Source of the DNA: an uncultured Verrucomicrobiae bacterium
GTDB lineage: Bacteria; Verrucomicrobiota; Verrucomicrobiia; Limisphaerales; JAFGQR01
NCBI GenBank assembly: GCA_963788655.1
Contig: CAWBHS010000078.1
Span: 1 to 64,000 of the forward strand
Length of the DNA stretch: 64,000 nucleotides
Reading direction: 5' to 3'
Below, piece after piece: positions 10,636-20,917 of the stretch (position 1 is the first letter of the stretch; the number at the start of each line of letters is the position of its first letter). The notes under the pieces were generated by a model. It saw nothing but the letters and a program-made list of their open reading frames with translations, was not told the DNA's origin and did not search any database. A program made the translations under genes and the position numbers.

Positions 10636-10809
10636 CGCACAAAGGTGATGAAGATTCCTGTCTGCTTTCTTTGTTTCCTTCGTTGCCTCCTGTAGAAATG
10701 TCATGGTCGGCGGTGTGAAAAGGGAGAAATTCCACAGAAGCAAACGAAGGGAACGCGAATCCCCGTCTCCTTTCTTGGTTTCCTTTGTTACCTTCTGTAG
10801 AAATGTCAT
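10636..10809. repeat. Two further copies of the 9-mer palindromic repeat downstream of GxxExxY
   Basis: Both end ...CTGTAGAAATGTCAT; the second begins ACAGAAGCAAACGAAGGGAAC, identical to the upstream copy. Confidence 0.8.
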
Positions 10810-10843
10810 TGAGATGCAACGGAATTTTGGACCATTTTCTCTC

Positions 10844-11698
10844 TTAATTTTTGCTTAATCTTTGGTGTTCAAATTGGTTGGGAGTTCGGTAGCCCAGCGC
10901 CGAGTGTTTGCGTTGATTATTGTAGTAGGCTTCGATGTATTCGAAGAGTTCGGTTTGCGCGTCTTGCGCGGTCTCAAAACAGCCGCCTTGCAGCATTTCT
11001 TTCTTGAGCGTTCCGATGAAGGATTCGGTCCAGGCGTTGTCGTAGGGATTGGCCCGGGCCGACATGCTCTGGCGCAAACCCGCGCGGGCCAGCACGCGGC
11101 GAAAGGCGGTGCGGCCATATTGACTGCCCCGATCACTGTGGAAGATGGTTTGGTCAATTCCCGGACGCGAAGCCAACGCTTGGTGGAGCGCCGCCAGGAC
11201 CAGTTCGGCGCGCAGGTGATCAGCCAGGCTCCAGCCGACGATGCGACGGGAATACAGATCGATTACGACCGCCAGGTAAAGCCAGCCGGTCTGGGTGGGG
11301 ATGAAGGTGATGTCGCCAGCCCAAACCTGATTGGGGCGATCGGGCCGCGGTTGGCCTGTCACGAGGTTGGGCGAAGGCTGATTGGCTTTGCCGTCGCTGG
11401 TTTTGGGCACGAAGTTTTTCGGTTGGATGGCCCGTAAACCCCGTTGTTTCATGAGGCGGCGAACGCGACTGGGAGCGCACACCACTTGCTGATCCCGCAG
11501 CTCCTGGCCGATGCGACGATAACCGTAGCGGCGGCGGTGCGCTTTGAAAACGGCTTCAATCCGATCGCTCAATTGCTGGTCGGCAGCCTGCGTGGCCGTG
11601 GCGGTGGCCGCGTGATAAAAGCTGCTGCGCGAACAGCCCAGGGTGTGACAAACCTGCCGCACACTACTGCCGGTTTTTTGTCGCAGAGTCAGGATCAT
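10844..11698 (-). CDS. IS3 transposase OrfB
   Basis: Translation identical to 7436-8290. Confidence 0.95.
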   Translation of the reverse strand: MILTLRQKTGSSVRQVCHTLGCSRSSFYHAATATATQAADQQLSDRIEAVFKAHRRRYGYRRIGQELRDQQVVCAPSRVRRLMKQRGLRAIQPKNFVPKTSDGKANQPSPNLVTGQPRPDRPNQVWAGDITFIPTQTGWLYLAVVIDLYSRRIVGWSLADHLRAELVLAALHQALASRPGIDQTIFHSDRGSQYGRTAFRRVLARAGLRQSMSARANPYDNAWTESFIGTLKKEMLQGGCFETAQDAQTELFEYIEAYYNNQRKHSALGYRTPNQFEHQRLSKN

Positions 11699-12012
11699 TG
11701 CGCGTCGTTGAGTTGGGGTTTGGTTCCGAGAATAACGGCAGCCTTTTTTAAAATGTCATTCTCAATTCTGAGCTGGGCGATCTCCCGGCGGAGGCGGCGC
11801 CGCTCGTCCGCTGCGGGCTCCTCGCCTGCGGCTCGGAGCCCTGCGCTCCCGAGCGGCGCCGCCGGGGACGCTTGCCGGACCCAGCGGTAAAGGAGGTTGG
11901 CGCCAAAGCCAAAATCTTTGGCAACTTCCGGCACGGGTTTCCCCAAACTTACCAGTTCGACAGCTTGCGCCTTAAACTCTGGACTATATCTTTTTCGAGG
12001 CATTTCACTCAT
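11695..12012 (-). CDS. IS3 transposase OrfA
   Basis: Translation identical to 8287-8604. Confidence 0.9.
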   Translation of the reverse strand: MSEMPRKRYSPEFKAQAVELVSLGKPVPEVAKDFGFGANLLYRWVRQASPAAPLGSAGLRAAGEEPAADERRRLRREIAQLRIENDILKKAAVILGTKPQLNDAQ

Positions 12013-12061
12013 GATGTTCCTTATTCTCTTATGGAGTGGTCCAGGAATTTCGCACACTTCA

Positions 12062-13042
12062 CACTGCGTTCCCCTCCTGATACCGCTTGCCGAGACTGAA
12101 GCAAGCCAAACAAGCCAGGCAGCATGGCCTTTGGTTTGCAACCTCGAATTCCCACCGCGCCGCTTCCGTAGCTCGCGGTTGAAATCGAGGATCAAAATGT
12201 TTCCCATCCAAGCGCCGGTGAAGAGCGGACAAGCTCTGTTGTGCCCCGATTAATCCTTGCGTAGCCGCCTGAAAATACCACTGGGCAGCTTCAACACAAT
12301 TTGTCTCAAGTTGCTTTCGGCCTCCGAGCGACCACTGGGCGGCCGCAAGCCCAAGCTTGGCGGCCCTCTCCAAATAGTCGGCGGCGAGTACGCCGTTTGA
12401 CTGAACCAACTTGCCGGTAAGGTGTAACTCGTGCAATGCATAGAGTGCCCTCGCATCATTTTGCTCAGCATCGGCTTTGAGCTTTGGAAGGGCCGCTTTC
12501 GCCTGGGCACGCCAATACTTGGCAAGAACTGGATTGGCCGGAAGGTTGGTGGGCATGTCAGTAGCAACACCATTCTTGACCAAGTCCAACGCAAACCGGT
12601 TTGGATCTTCCAAATCATCGGCCAGGGAGCGTTGAGCAGGTATCCAACCGTTTGTCGCCGCCAAGTGCTCCCAGAACGTCCGATTGCTGACGCTGGTTCC
12701 CGAAACCAGGGCCGCCGCATAGCCATCTCCGGCAAGTGCTGCACTGCGCAGGCTGGCCTCGGTGCATGGCCCATTCGTGTAAAGTGGCTTCTCCAGACGT
12801 GCAAGGTTGGTGCGTGCATCCACAAAATAGGCTTCCCGGATGGCGTCAATGCTTCGGTAATCCGAAATGGAAGCAGGATTTGGCTCTGTGGGATTGGCGT
12901 TGGAGAGGCTGGTCTTCGCCTTCGACGGGGCAGCATTCGTGAGCTTACTTGGTTCCGAAGCCTCAAGGAATTGAGCCGAAAGCAAAACCGCAAGCACAGC
13001 CTGAACAACCTGGCGGCGGCGAATCGATGCGTTGGAGTTCAT
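12062..13042 (-). pseudogene. Secreted SEL1-like repeat protein truncated by IS3
   Basis: Signal peptide; SEL1-like units (AADYLERAAKLGLAAAQWSLG, EAAQWYFQAATQGLIGAQQSL); last unit cut at the IS end. Confidence 0.7.
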
Positions 13043-13414
13043 ATTTGACCTTCGCAACGGATCGAAGCATATCCGTCATGATTAGACAAGCCCATTTGGG
13101 GCACGGCACGCGGCGCGGTGACGTTGATAGTGAAATCAGTCCTCGATAGAATCGAGAAGCTTCCGGCGTCAATCACCAGCGGGAACAGTTCGTCGTAAGC
13201 AAACGTGAAGCCGCCGGAATGTGGTGGGATTTGAGAAACCATTCCAGGGCCTGCCGGACGTTTACTGGCTCGAGGTCGCGAGGCTTCGGGGGCTGCTATC
13301 ATAATTGCTGTCCATCCACTGGGGATGGAGGCCGGTTTTTATTCTGCGCAAGGTTCTGGCCTCACACCTGCCGATGCCCGTTCGACCAGTGCGCTTTGAA
13401 GCTCCGCATTCTGA

Positions 13415-13832
13415 TTAATACCCGCATCGCAGTTCGATGATGCGTTTGAGGCGTTCTGCTTGTTCCCCCGACCCACCCATAAATAGGTCAGGGACCTCGT
13501 CGTACAGGTCATCCAGATCATCGTCCCACCAATGCGGCTCATCCGTTGCCAGGCGCAAGAACTTTAGGCGATCGTACCGAAAATCGCGGTCGAAGGCTTC
13601 GCGCAAGGACTGCTGCCAGTCCGCTGGAAAGGCCCGGGGCGAATTGCTGACGCGTTGGAGCCACTGCCGCGTCCACCAATCCGGGATGCCCTGTTCCAAG
13701 TCATGCCTGACTCTACGAGCAAAGGCGCACACATCCGCTTCGCTCGGAATGGGCACCGTGACGGGCTTGGCTGGGGCGGGCGTGGGAGGCGGTTTGAAGG
13801 TGGGAGAAGCCGTTTGAGCCCTGGCGGCGAAT
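13415..13832 (-). pseudogene. Probable C-terminal part of the replication protein, separated by the deleted IS
   Basis: Pro-rich linker continues on both sides of the 13833-14288 element on the minus strand. Confidence 0.4.
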
Positions 13833-14288
13833 TGAGCCAAAAGTATTGTTACCCGGGAGGGGGGGTGAGTTCGGGAGAAATGATCCGTTGTGCCAGAAGT
13901 TACTGTTACCGTGGCCGGAATGGATAAAACGATGAGTCAGCGGACCCGGGAAGAAGTAATCACGAAGCTGCGAGGGCGTTACCAAAGCGCCGGCGCCGAA
14001 CACAAACACAAGCTGCTGGATCAAGCGCAAGCGGTGCTGGGCTACCATCGCAAGTCGGCGATCCGATCCCTACGCGCCCCGACGGTGGAACGTGGGCCCC
14101 GGATTATTACGGGGCGACCCACGAGTTACGAACCGGGGGTCTTGCTGCCCTGGCTACGACCGATCTGGGCGGCCACCGACTATGCGTGCGGCCAGCGCCC
14201 AACAGTTAACAACAAAACGTGAGCCATTGGGTAACACCCCTTTTGGCACAACGAATCACCTTCCCGGGTAACAGTTACTTTTGGCACG
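13833..14288 (+). mobile_element. Internally deleted ISNCY/IS481-like element with multi-repeat ends
   Basis: Ends TGAGCCAAAAGTATTGTTACCCGGGA / TCCCGGGTAACAGTTACTTTTGGCACG; inner repeats at 13890 and 14231; only the transposase N-terminus remains (13932-~14197: RYQSA...GYHRKSAIR...DYACGQR). Confidence 0.75.
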
Positions 14289-14434
14289 CGGCGGGCGGAC
14301 GGACTGGCAGCGAGTTTGGCGGCGGCAGGTGGGGGACAGGTGTCTCCATTGTGGGGGACAAGCGGGGGCGCGGCAGTGTCTTTGGCGGCTTCCGGGCCGG
14401 CGGCGGCTTGTTTATTTTTCCAAGCCACGAGGAC

Positions 14435-15568
14435 TTACCCGAGGAAGTTCTCAATCTCTGTGCCGTAACGATCCTTCCATCGGTTGTCTTGCAAGTAGTG
14501 GAATTTTTCCGTAACGAAGCACTCAGGCAGACCGTAAGGTCTGCACAAAGAAAAAGCGTCAGCTTCATTCTGTGGGGGGGACATCTTCCCGGATTGATTC
14601 CCCCCTTTTTGATTCTTCTTCTTTTGATTCTGATTACTACCATATATAGAGCCTTGCAGATTCTGAGGGGGGGTCCCTTGAACATTCTGAGGGTGGGTTC
14701 CTGGCAGAGTCTCTTGAAAGGTCTCTTGCAGATTCTGACCCCCACGCCACACAGTAGGAAGCCAGGCGTGGGCCAAAAAGTAGATGCGATTGCGGCCCGT
14801 GCCACCGTTCGAGTTTTTGGTGGGCTCGATCTCGATCAAGCCTTCGCTGGTGAGTGTCTGAAGGTAAAGGCTTACGCTTCCGGTCGAGACGCCCAATTCG
14901 AATGCCATCTCATCATTGCTGGGGTGGCAAGACCCATTGGCGCCGGCGTATTGGTTCAACCGGGCATAAGCGAGCTTGCAGCCAGCGCTGGTCTCCCGGC
15001 GGCCGACCAGCCAAAAGGGGAGGAAGGCCCCGTGACTGTGCCGGTGCAGGTTGATCCGCTGGCGGCTCGGCTCGACAGGGAGGGTGGCAGGTGTGCGCAG
15101 CTTATCCGCCTTCATCCACCGGTGAGCCAGAAAGAAGATTTTGTTTTCCGCGGTCCGTCCCTTGGACGTGGTTGTGGGCTCGGTTTCGATAAGTGCCACG
15201 TGTTCCAGCTCCCGCAGGTAGCGCCGGGCGCTATCCACGGAAACGCCAAGTGTGTGGGCCAACGCCTTGAGTTTTGGTTGGCAATAGTCCTTCCGGCGGG
15301 CTTCGTACATCAAAACCCCAAACATGATCTTGGCGCCGGGGCTCAGTTCGCGGACGGGGCGCTGCAATAGCCAGTTGTGGATGATGACTCCGAAGAAGTG
15401 CCTGACGTGCCGCCGTCGTTCTCGCCCATGTTGCACAGCCGAAGTTAAAATCATTCCTTGGGTACTTGCCACCACCGCAAAACCCCGATTCCGCCAACCG
15501 TTCACACTGACGGAAGAAATATTGTTGATATTCAATCGCTTACAGTTTGTCAAGCTGGTGTCCAACAA
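14435..15568 (-). CDS. Phage/plasmid-type replication initiator with two winged-HTH domains
   Basis: Two units LSxGAK/CK..Y...C.P....A..LGVS..S...YL..L....LIE followed by a QNLQ repeat linker; start codon uncertain. Confidence 0.65.
   Translation of the reverse strand: MLDTSLTNCKRLNINNISSVSVNGWRNRGFAVVASTQGMILTSAVQHGRERRRHVRHFFGVIIHNWLLQRPVRELSPGAKIMFGVLMYEARRKDYCQPKLKALAHTLGVSVDSARRYLRELEHVALIETEPTTTSKGRTAENKIFFLAHRWMKADKLRTPATLPVEPSRQRINLHRHSHGAFLPFWLVGRRETSAGCKLAYARLNQYAGANGSCHPSNDEMAFELGVSTGSVSLYLQTLTSEGLIEIEPTKNSNGGTGRNRIYFLAHAWLPTVWRGGQNLQETFQETLPGTHPQNVQGTPPQNLQGSIYGSNQNQKKKNQKGGNQSGKMSPPQNEADAFSLCRPYGLPECFVTEKFHYLQDNRWKDRYGTEIENFLG
14653..14738. repeat. Four iteron-like repeats at 24-bp period inside the rep gene
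   Basis: CTTGCAGATTCTGA (14653), CTTGAACATTCTGA (14677), CTGGCAGAGTCTCT (14701), CTTGCAGATTCTGA (14725); adjacent AT-rich tract. Confidence 0.6.
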
Positions 15569-15804
15569 AGTTCAATGCTCATGGCTCAAAACGTTGGCAG
15601 CGGTGGATGAGCTATTTCTGCGGTGGGCGTCGAGCGTCGCCGGCAAGCCAGTGCTGAAGGCCGACCAATACTGCTTCCGGAACTCTGGCGACCAAGGGAA
15701 ACCCACCATAGAAGACCTGCACGCGCGCGCCGGCGGCGAACATGCCTTCCAGCTCACGACGGAACTCGGCCGTGTCATCGAAGTAAATCTTGTCGCCGAG
15801 TCTG

Positions 15805-16036
15805 AATTCAGCGCTTCGCTGCCGCAGTCAAAACCTTCCCGATCGTGGGCACGCGAGAGAAGTTCGAGCCTATACACGCACTTTGCCTTGGCTGGCTTTC
15901 ACGGCGGCCTTCAACTGCGCATTGGGCTTGGGGGGGATGGTCGAGCAGCGAGAACACTTTCTGCGCATCGCGCCGGGACAAACGGATTAGCGTCTCGCGC
16001 TCCACGATCCGTTGGGCTTCCTGGAAAGCCGCTTTG
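15805..16036 (-). pseudogene. Remnant DUF1778 antitoxin 3' end plus GNAT toxin 5' end
   Basis: AQRIVERETLIRLSRRDAQKVFSLLDHPP then [23 protein letters not shown]. Confidence 0.7.
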
Positions 16037-16045
16037 CTGGTGCCT

Positions 16046-16255
16046 ATGTTTACGTATCCGACCGGCACACCCTTCGTCGGCTTACCAGGAATGCTAGCCG
16101 GCGTGGTGACGGCAATCGTCGGTGCATGGACTTTCTTCAGGTGTCCACGCTCTCAGCGACTTCCTAAAGTTTGCACCTTCGGATTGCTCTTGCCCGGGCT
16201 GTACATCGGAGTGGATTGCCTGAGCAGGTATTTGATGTTTGGCTTAAATCGATGA
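16046..16255 (+). CDS. Small membrane protein (possibly a fragment)
   Basis: Two hydrophobic segments in 69 aa. Confidence 0.35.
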   Translation: MFTYPTGTPFVGLPGMLAGVVTAIVGAWTFFRCPRSQRLPKVCTFGLLLPGLYIGVDCLSRYLMFGLNR

Positions 16256-16412
16256 TTTTTGGCAGCGTTGGGAGTTGCTTGTGCTCGTGTTGCCGTTCAT
16301 GGTGTGGACCGTTCTCATGGTTTCCGTTTTTGTTTAAATTTGGCTATCCTCGGTCCGTGCCTTGAACGCTTGGCCACGCCATCACGGTCAGCTCGGGGCC
16401 AGCAATTAAAAC

Positions 16413-17699
16413 ATGGCGCGCAATCTCAAGTTATTCATCGCGTTTCGGGTGTTGTTCAACGCCCGATATTACTATCCAGTCTTCGCCGTCATCCAGTTGG
16501 ATTACGGGCTCACGCTGGCCCAGTTTGCGGTGCTCAACGCGGTGTGGGCGGCTTCCATTGTTCTGCTCGAAGTTCCGTCCGGGGCGTTGGCCGATCGGCT
16601 CGGTCGCCGGCGCATGGTCGTCGCGGCGGCGGGGCTCATGGTGCTGGAGATGTCGCTGCTCGCGTTTGTGCCGCTGGGCAACCCGACGCTGGTGTTCTGG
16701 GCCTGGGTGCTGAACCGATGTCTGTCCGGCGCGGCGGAAGCCTCGGCCAGCGGCGCCGACGAAGCGCTGGCGTACGATTCGATTCCCGAGGAACAACGCG
16801 CGGCGGTCTGGCCCCGGGTGCTGACGCGGTTGATGGCCCTTTCCTCGCTCGCGTTTATCGGCGCGATGCTGATCGGCGCGGCGGTCTATGACTCAGCGCT
16901 GGTCAATCGCGTCCTGACCTGGCTGGGCAGCCAGACACATCTGGCCAAAGAGACCGTCATCCGCTTTCCGGTCTATCTGACGTTGGGCAACGCGCTCCTG
17001 GCCACGGTCGTCGCCTTGCGGATGCAGGAACCGGCCACCCCATCCCACTGCACGAAAGTTGCCTCGCTCTGGTCGGGGGTCGCGCGCGCCGGCGCCTGGA
17101 TTTGGAAGACGCCCAGCGTGCTGGTGCTCATTTTCGCGGCGCTGGTTTTCGACAGTCCCGTCCGGCTGTTTCTCACGATGAACTCGGAATATTATCGGCT
17201 CATCAAGATTCCGGACGCGGCGTTCGGGATTTTGGGCGCGGCATTTGCCGGGCTGGGACTGGTGGTGCCGTGGCTGGCGGGTTGGTTGGTCCGGCACCGT
17301 CGGCTGGAAACCAATTACGCAATCATCGCGTTGCTGAGTCTGGCCAGTTTTATCGGTGTGGCGCAGGCGTGGCCATATTACGGGTTCATGGTGGTGATTG
17401 GTTTTGCCGTCAGCTTCAATTTGTTAAATTTTTTCACATCGCATTACCTCAATGCCGCCGTGGACTCGAGTCAGCGCGCGACGGTACTCAGTTTCAAGGG
17501 TCTGGCGCTCAACCTCGGTTTTGGTGCGGTGAGTTTGTCGTACGGCGCGTTGCTCAAATTGCTGCGCGAGGGCAGTGCGACCGCGGAAGCGCAATCGGCG
17601 TTTCGCGACAGTCTGTTCTGGCTGCCATGGGGATTCCTCGTTTTGCTCGTTCCACTTGTGGCGTTCTACTGCTTCCGCGTGAGGACCGTTCATGAGTGA
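16413..17699 (+). CDS. MFS transporter
   Basis: EVPSGALADRLGRR motif A, SGADEALAYDS, about 12 TM segments. Confidence 0.9.
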   Translation: MARNLKLFIAFRVLFNARYYYPVFAVIQLDYGLTLAQFAVLNAVWAASIVLLEVPSGALADRLGRRRMVVAAAGLMVLEMSLLAFVPLGNPTLVFWAWVLNRCLSGAAEASASGADEALAYDSIPEEQRAAVWPRVLTRLMALSSLAFIGAMLIGAAVYDSALVNRVLTWLGSQTHLAKETVIRFPVYLTLGNALLATVVALRMQEPATPSHCTKVASLWSGVARAGAWIWKTPSVLVLIFAALVFDSPVRLFLTMNSEYYRLIKIPDAAFGILGAAFAGLGLVVPWLAGWLVRHRRLETNYAIIALLSLASFIGVAQAWPYYGFMVVIGFAVSFNLLNFFTSHYLNAAVDSSQRATVLSFKGLALNLGFGAVSLSYGALLKLLREGSATAEAQSAFRDSLFWLPWGFLVLLVPLVAFYCFRVRTVHE

Positions 17700-17760
17700 T
17701 GATTACCATCGAGTTCAGTCTCGCCAAGACCAGGTTCGGCGGGTTCACTTCCTCCCGCGC

Positions 17761-19389
17761 ATGAAGCGACACACGATCCTGATCGCGAGCGCCGCGTGGC
17801 TGCTGACTTTTGCGTGGTTGCTCGTGCCCGACCTGAAGCACAGCCCGGCCGCGTTGTGGCCCAGCGTGCTGGCGGTAGGACTGGCCTTTGTCACGCGTGA
17901 CATTTACCTGTCGCTGTTCGTCGGCGCGTTTGGCGGCGCGGTGCTGTTGGCGGGAGGCAATCCTGCCACTGCTTTTATCGAGTTGTTCACGCGCCATCTG
18001 ATTCCCGCGTTGGCGGATCGGTGGAATCTTTCCGTCCTGATCTTCACCTTGTTGATGGGCGGTTTCGTGGAGGTGCTGAATCGCAATGGCGGCATGACGG
18101 CGCTGTCGGCACGCGTGATGGGACGTTCGGGCAGCGCCCGGCGCGCGGGACTGGGAGCGTATGGTTTGGGCTGGCTGGTGTTTTTCGACGGGTTGGCGAA
18201 CGCCATGTTGATCGGCAAAACGGTGCGGCCGGTCGCCGACCGCGCACGGTTGTCACGGGAAAAACTGGCCTTCATCGTAGATTCCACGTCCTCCCCGATT
18301 GCCGGGCTGGCCCTGCTGTCCACGTGGGTGGCGTATGAGATGTCGGTGATTCGCGAAGGCTTCGCTCACCTCGGCAACGCGGTACCGGTGGAAACCGCCG
18401 CGCCGTTTTCCTGGCTGGTAATGAGTCTGCCGTATCGCTTTTACAACTGGTTCGTGCTGTTGCTCGTCTTCCTGGTCGTCTGGCGGATGCGCGATTGGGG
18501 CCCCATGCTTACGGCGGAAAAGGCGGCGCGCTCGAAGCCCTCGCCGGCGTCCGTTCGCACGGAGACTTCGGGAAACCAAGTTTCGATTGCCTTGGCGCTG
18601 GTTCCGCTGGCTGTCCTGGTGTTGGGCGTGTTTGCCGGCTTGTTCCTGGACGGGGGCGGCTGGGATCGGCCTCTCAATTTCCCGAATCTGGTCCAGGCCT
18701 TCGGCGCCGCCAACGCGGCTAATGTTTTCGTTGTCGCCACGGCGCTGGCGAGTCTGCTGGCGATGCTGCTTTCGTCCTGGTGGCCGCGAGCGGATGCCAG
18801 CCCCCGCTCTTCGTATCGCGACGCCTTTTTTCAGGGCATGCAACAGATGTTTCTGCCGGCCCTGATCCTGGTGTTTGCCTGGATGCTCAACAGCGTCATC
18901 AAGGAAATGGGGACGGCCGGCTACCTGGTTTCGCTGTTGGGGGACCGGTTGCCGGAGGCGGGATTGCCTGCCGCCGTGTTCCTGCTTGCCGCGTGCGTGT
19001 CATTCAGCACCGGCACTTCGTGGGGCACGATGGCGATCGTCATGCCGCTCACGGTGCCGCTCGCCGTAAAACTGACGGGCATGACGGCGGGCGGAACGTC
19101 CAACCCGGTCATGGCGGCAACCATTGGCGCCGTGCTGGCGGGCGCGGTGTTTGGCGATCACTGTTCGCCGATCAGCGACACCACGGTGGTTTCGGCCTTC
19201 AGTTCTGAGTGCGAGGTCATGGCGCACGTGCGAACGCAGCTCCCATACGCATTGGCGGCAGCCGTGGTGGCCGTGGTGTTGGGGTATGGCCCGGCGGGGT
19301 TCGGACTGCCATCATGGTTGCTGTTGCCCCTCGGGGGGGCGGCCATCTGGATGTTGGTTCATTTCATCGGCCAGCCAACCGAGCGATGA
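17761..19389 (+). CDS. Na+/H+ antiporter NhaC-family protein
   Basis: SREKLAFIVDSTSSP, FSTGTSWGT, GAVFGDHCSPISDTT, HVRTQLPYA; alternative start at 17692. Confidence 0.88.
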   Translation: MKRHTILIASAAWLLTFAWLLVPDLKHSPAALWPSVLAVGLAFVTRDIYLSLFVGAFGGAVLLAGGNPATAFIELFTRHLIPALADRWNLSVLIFTLLMGGFVEVLNRNGGMTALSARVMGRSGSARRAGLGAYGLGWLVFFDGLANAMLIGKTVRPVADRARLSREKLAFIVDSTSSPIAGLALLSTWVAYEMSVIREGFAHLGNAVPVETAAPFSWLVMSLPYRFYNWFVLLLVFLVVWRMRDWGPMLTAEKAARSKPSPASVRTETSGNQVSIALALVPLAVLVLGVFAGLFLDGGGWDRPLNFPNLVQAFGAANAANVFVVATALASLLAMLLSSWWPRADASPRSSYRDAFFQGMQQMFLPALILVFAWMLNSVIKEMGTAGYLVSLLGDRLPEAGLPAAVFLLAACVSFSTGTSWGTMAIVMPLTVPLAVKLTGMTAGGTSNPVMAATIGAVLAGAVFGDHCSPISDTTVVSAFSSECEVMAHVRTQLPYALAAAVVAVVLGYGPAGFGLPSWLLLPLGGAAIWMLVHFIGQPTER

Positions 19390-19499
19390 GGCTGAGTTTG
19401 AGGCCGATCCTCGGATTGGCGGGCGCCGTACCGCCAGCCAGTCCAGCATTTTCCAATGAGGGTTTGCAATCTCCGGCGTCACCAGCAAACTACCGCCCT

Positions 19500-20811
19500 A
19501 TGCGCACGGTAATATTCATTCTATTGGGTTTGTGGATCAGCGTTGGGGCAAGAGCGGAAAACTGGCCGCAATGGCGGGGGCCATTTTTCAATGGCTCAAC
19601 CACCGAACGCGAGCTTCCGTCCGAATGGTCCAAGACTGAAAACGTTGCCTGGAGCGTGGATTTGCCCGGCCCTAGCGCGGCAACCCCGGCCATCTGGGAA
19701 GACACGGTGTTGGTGTCCTCCACGGACATGCCCCAAGGCGTGCTGATGGCGATTTGCCTGGATCGCCAAACCGGAGCGATGCGCTGGCAACACAAAGTCA
19801 GCGAAGGACTGCGACACGACAACCGCAGCACCCTCGCCGCCCCTTCGCCGGTGACCGATGGCCAGCGCGCCATTTTCTTTTACAGCAATGGCGAACTGGC
19901 CGCGTTTGATTTTCAAGGCGCCAAACTTTGGTCGCGGAACATTCAAAAGGACTACGGGGCGTTTGCCTTCCTGTGGACATTTTCCAGTTCGCCGACGTTG
20001 TTCAAAGGCAAGCTCTACTTGGAAGTGTTGCAACGCGATGTGCCCGTCAATGGACGCGGAAAGCGCGAGGGAAGAATTGACTCGTATCTGCTGGCCATGG
20101 ACCCGGCCACCGGCAAGACACTCTGGCAACAGGTTCGTCCCAGCCAAGCGGTGGGTGAATCGCGAGAAGCGGTACTCAACACCGATCCCTTACACCTGGC
20201 AGGGCCGGACGGAATTGCTGATCCTGGGCGGCGATTGCCTGACCGGACACGATCCCCAAACCGGAAAAGAACTTTGGCGGTGGGGCACTTGGAACCCGTC
20301 GCGCATCGGCCATTGGCGCATGGTTCCCTCACCGGTAGCCGGCGCGGGAATCGTCCTGGCCTGCGCTCCCAAGCGCGAACCGGTTTTCGCCATCAAAGCC
20401 AACGGCTCCGGCGAACTCGGAACCGCCGCCGTGGCGTGGACCAGCGAGGAAAACCGAGCGCTCACTTCAGATGTGCCCACGCCGCTGTTTTACGACGGGG
20501 ATTTCTTTATCTTGAGCGATCTACGCCGAAGCCTTGCGCGGGTGGAACCGCAAACGGGCAAGGTCAAATGGACCATCGACACCCCGGGCCGCGCCAAGTT
20601 TGAATCCTCCCCCACCGGCGCTGATGGCAAGATTTATCTGATGAATTTCAAAGGCGATGTCACCATCGTGTCGGCCCAATCCGGCGAGGTTCTGCGCACC
20701 ATTCCCATGGGTGAAGAACGAGACGACGCGACCCGCTCTTCCATTGCGGTTTCGCAGGGGCAACTGTTTATCCGCACAGACAAAAAGCTTTACTGCGTGG
20801 GCGGCAAATGA
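19500..20811 (+). CDS. PQQ-like beta-propeller (BamB-family) protein; frameshift near 20170
   Basis: ENWPQWRGP, SSP repeats, D..TGK.LW. Confidence 0.85.
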
Positions 20812-20917
20812 GCCGCCGCATTGGCTCCGCACTTCGCCACACCCGGCCGTCACTAAACGGTCAGTTTCACGATGGACAGGACGGCGCGTTGTTCGTCGCG
20901 CACTTCGGTGAGGCACC

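Larger units (their letters stand above)
10810..12061 (-). mobile_element. IS3 family element, copy 2 (1252 bp)
   Basis: Same ends and ORF translations as 7402-8653; flanks CAT/CAC, no exact duplication. Confidence 0.95.

Noticed and set aside
7402..12061. Composite transposon carrying GxxExxY between two IS3 copies
   Set aside because: Copy 1 has its own AAA duplication inside a gene, and the outer flanks (AAA/CAC) do not match.
13043..13260. attC upstream of the SEL1 gene (GTTGCGA before ATG)
   Set aside because: No complementary R'' box or hairpin found.
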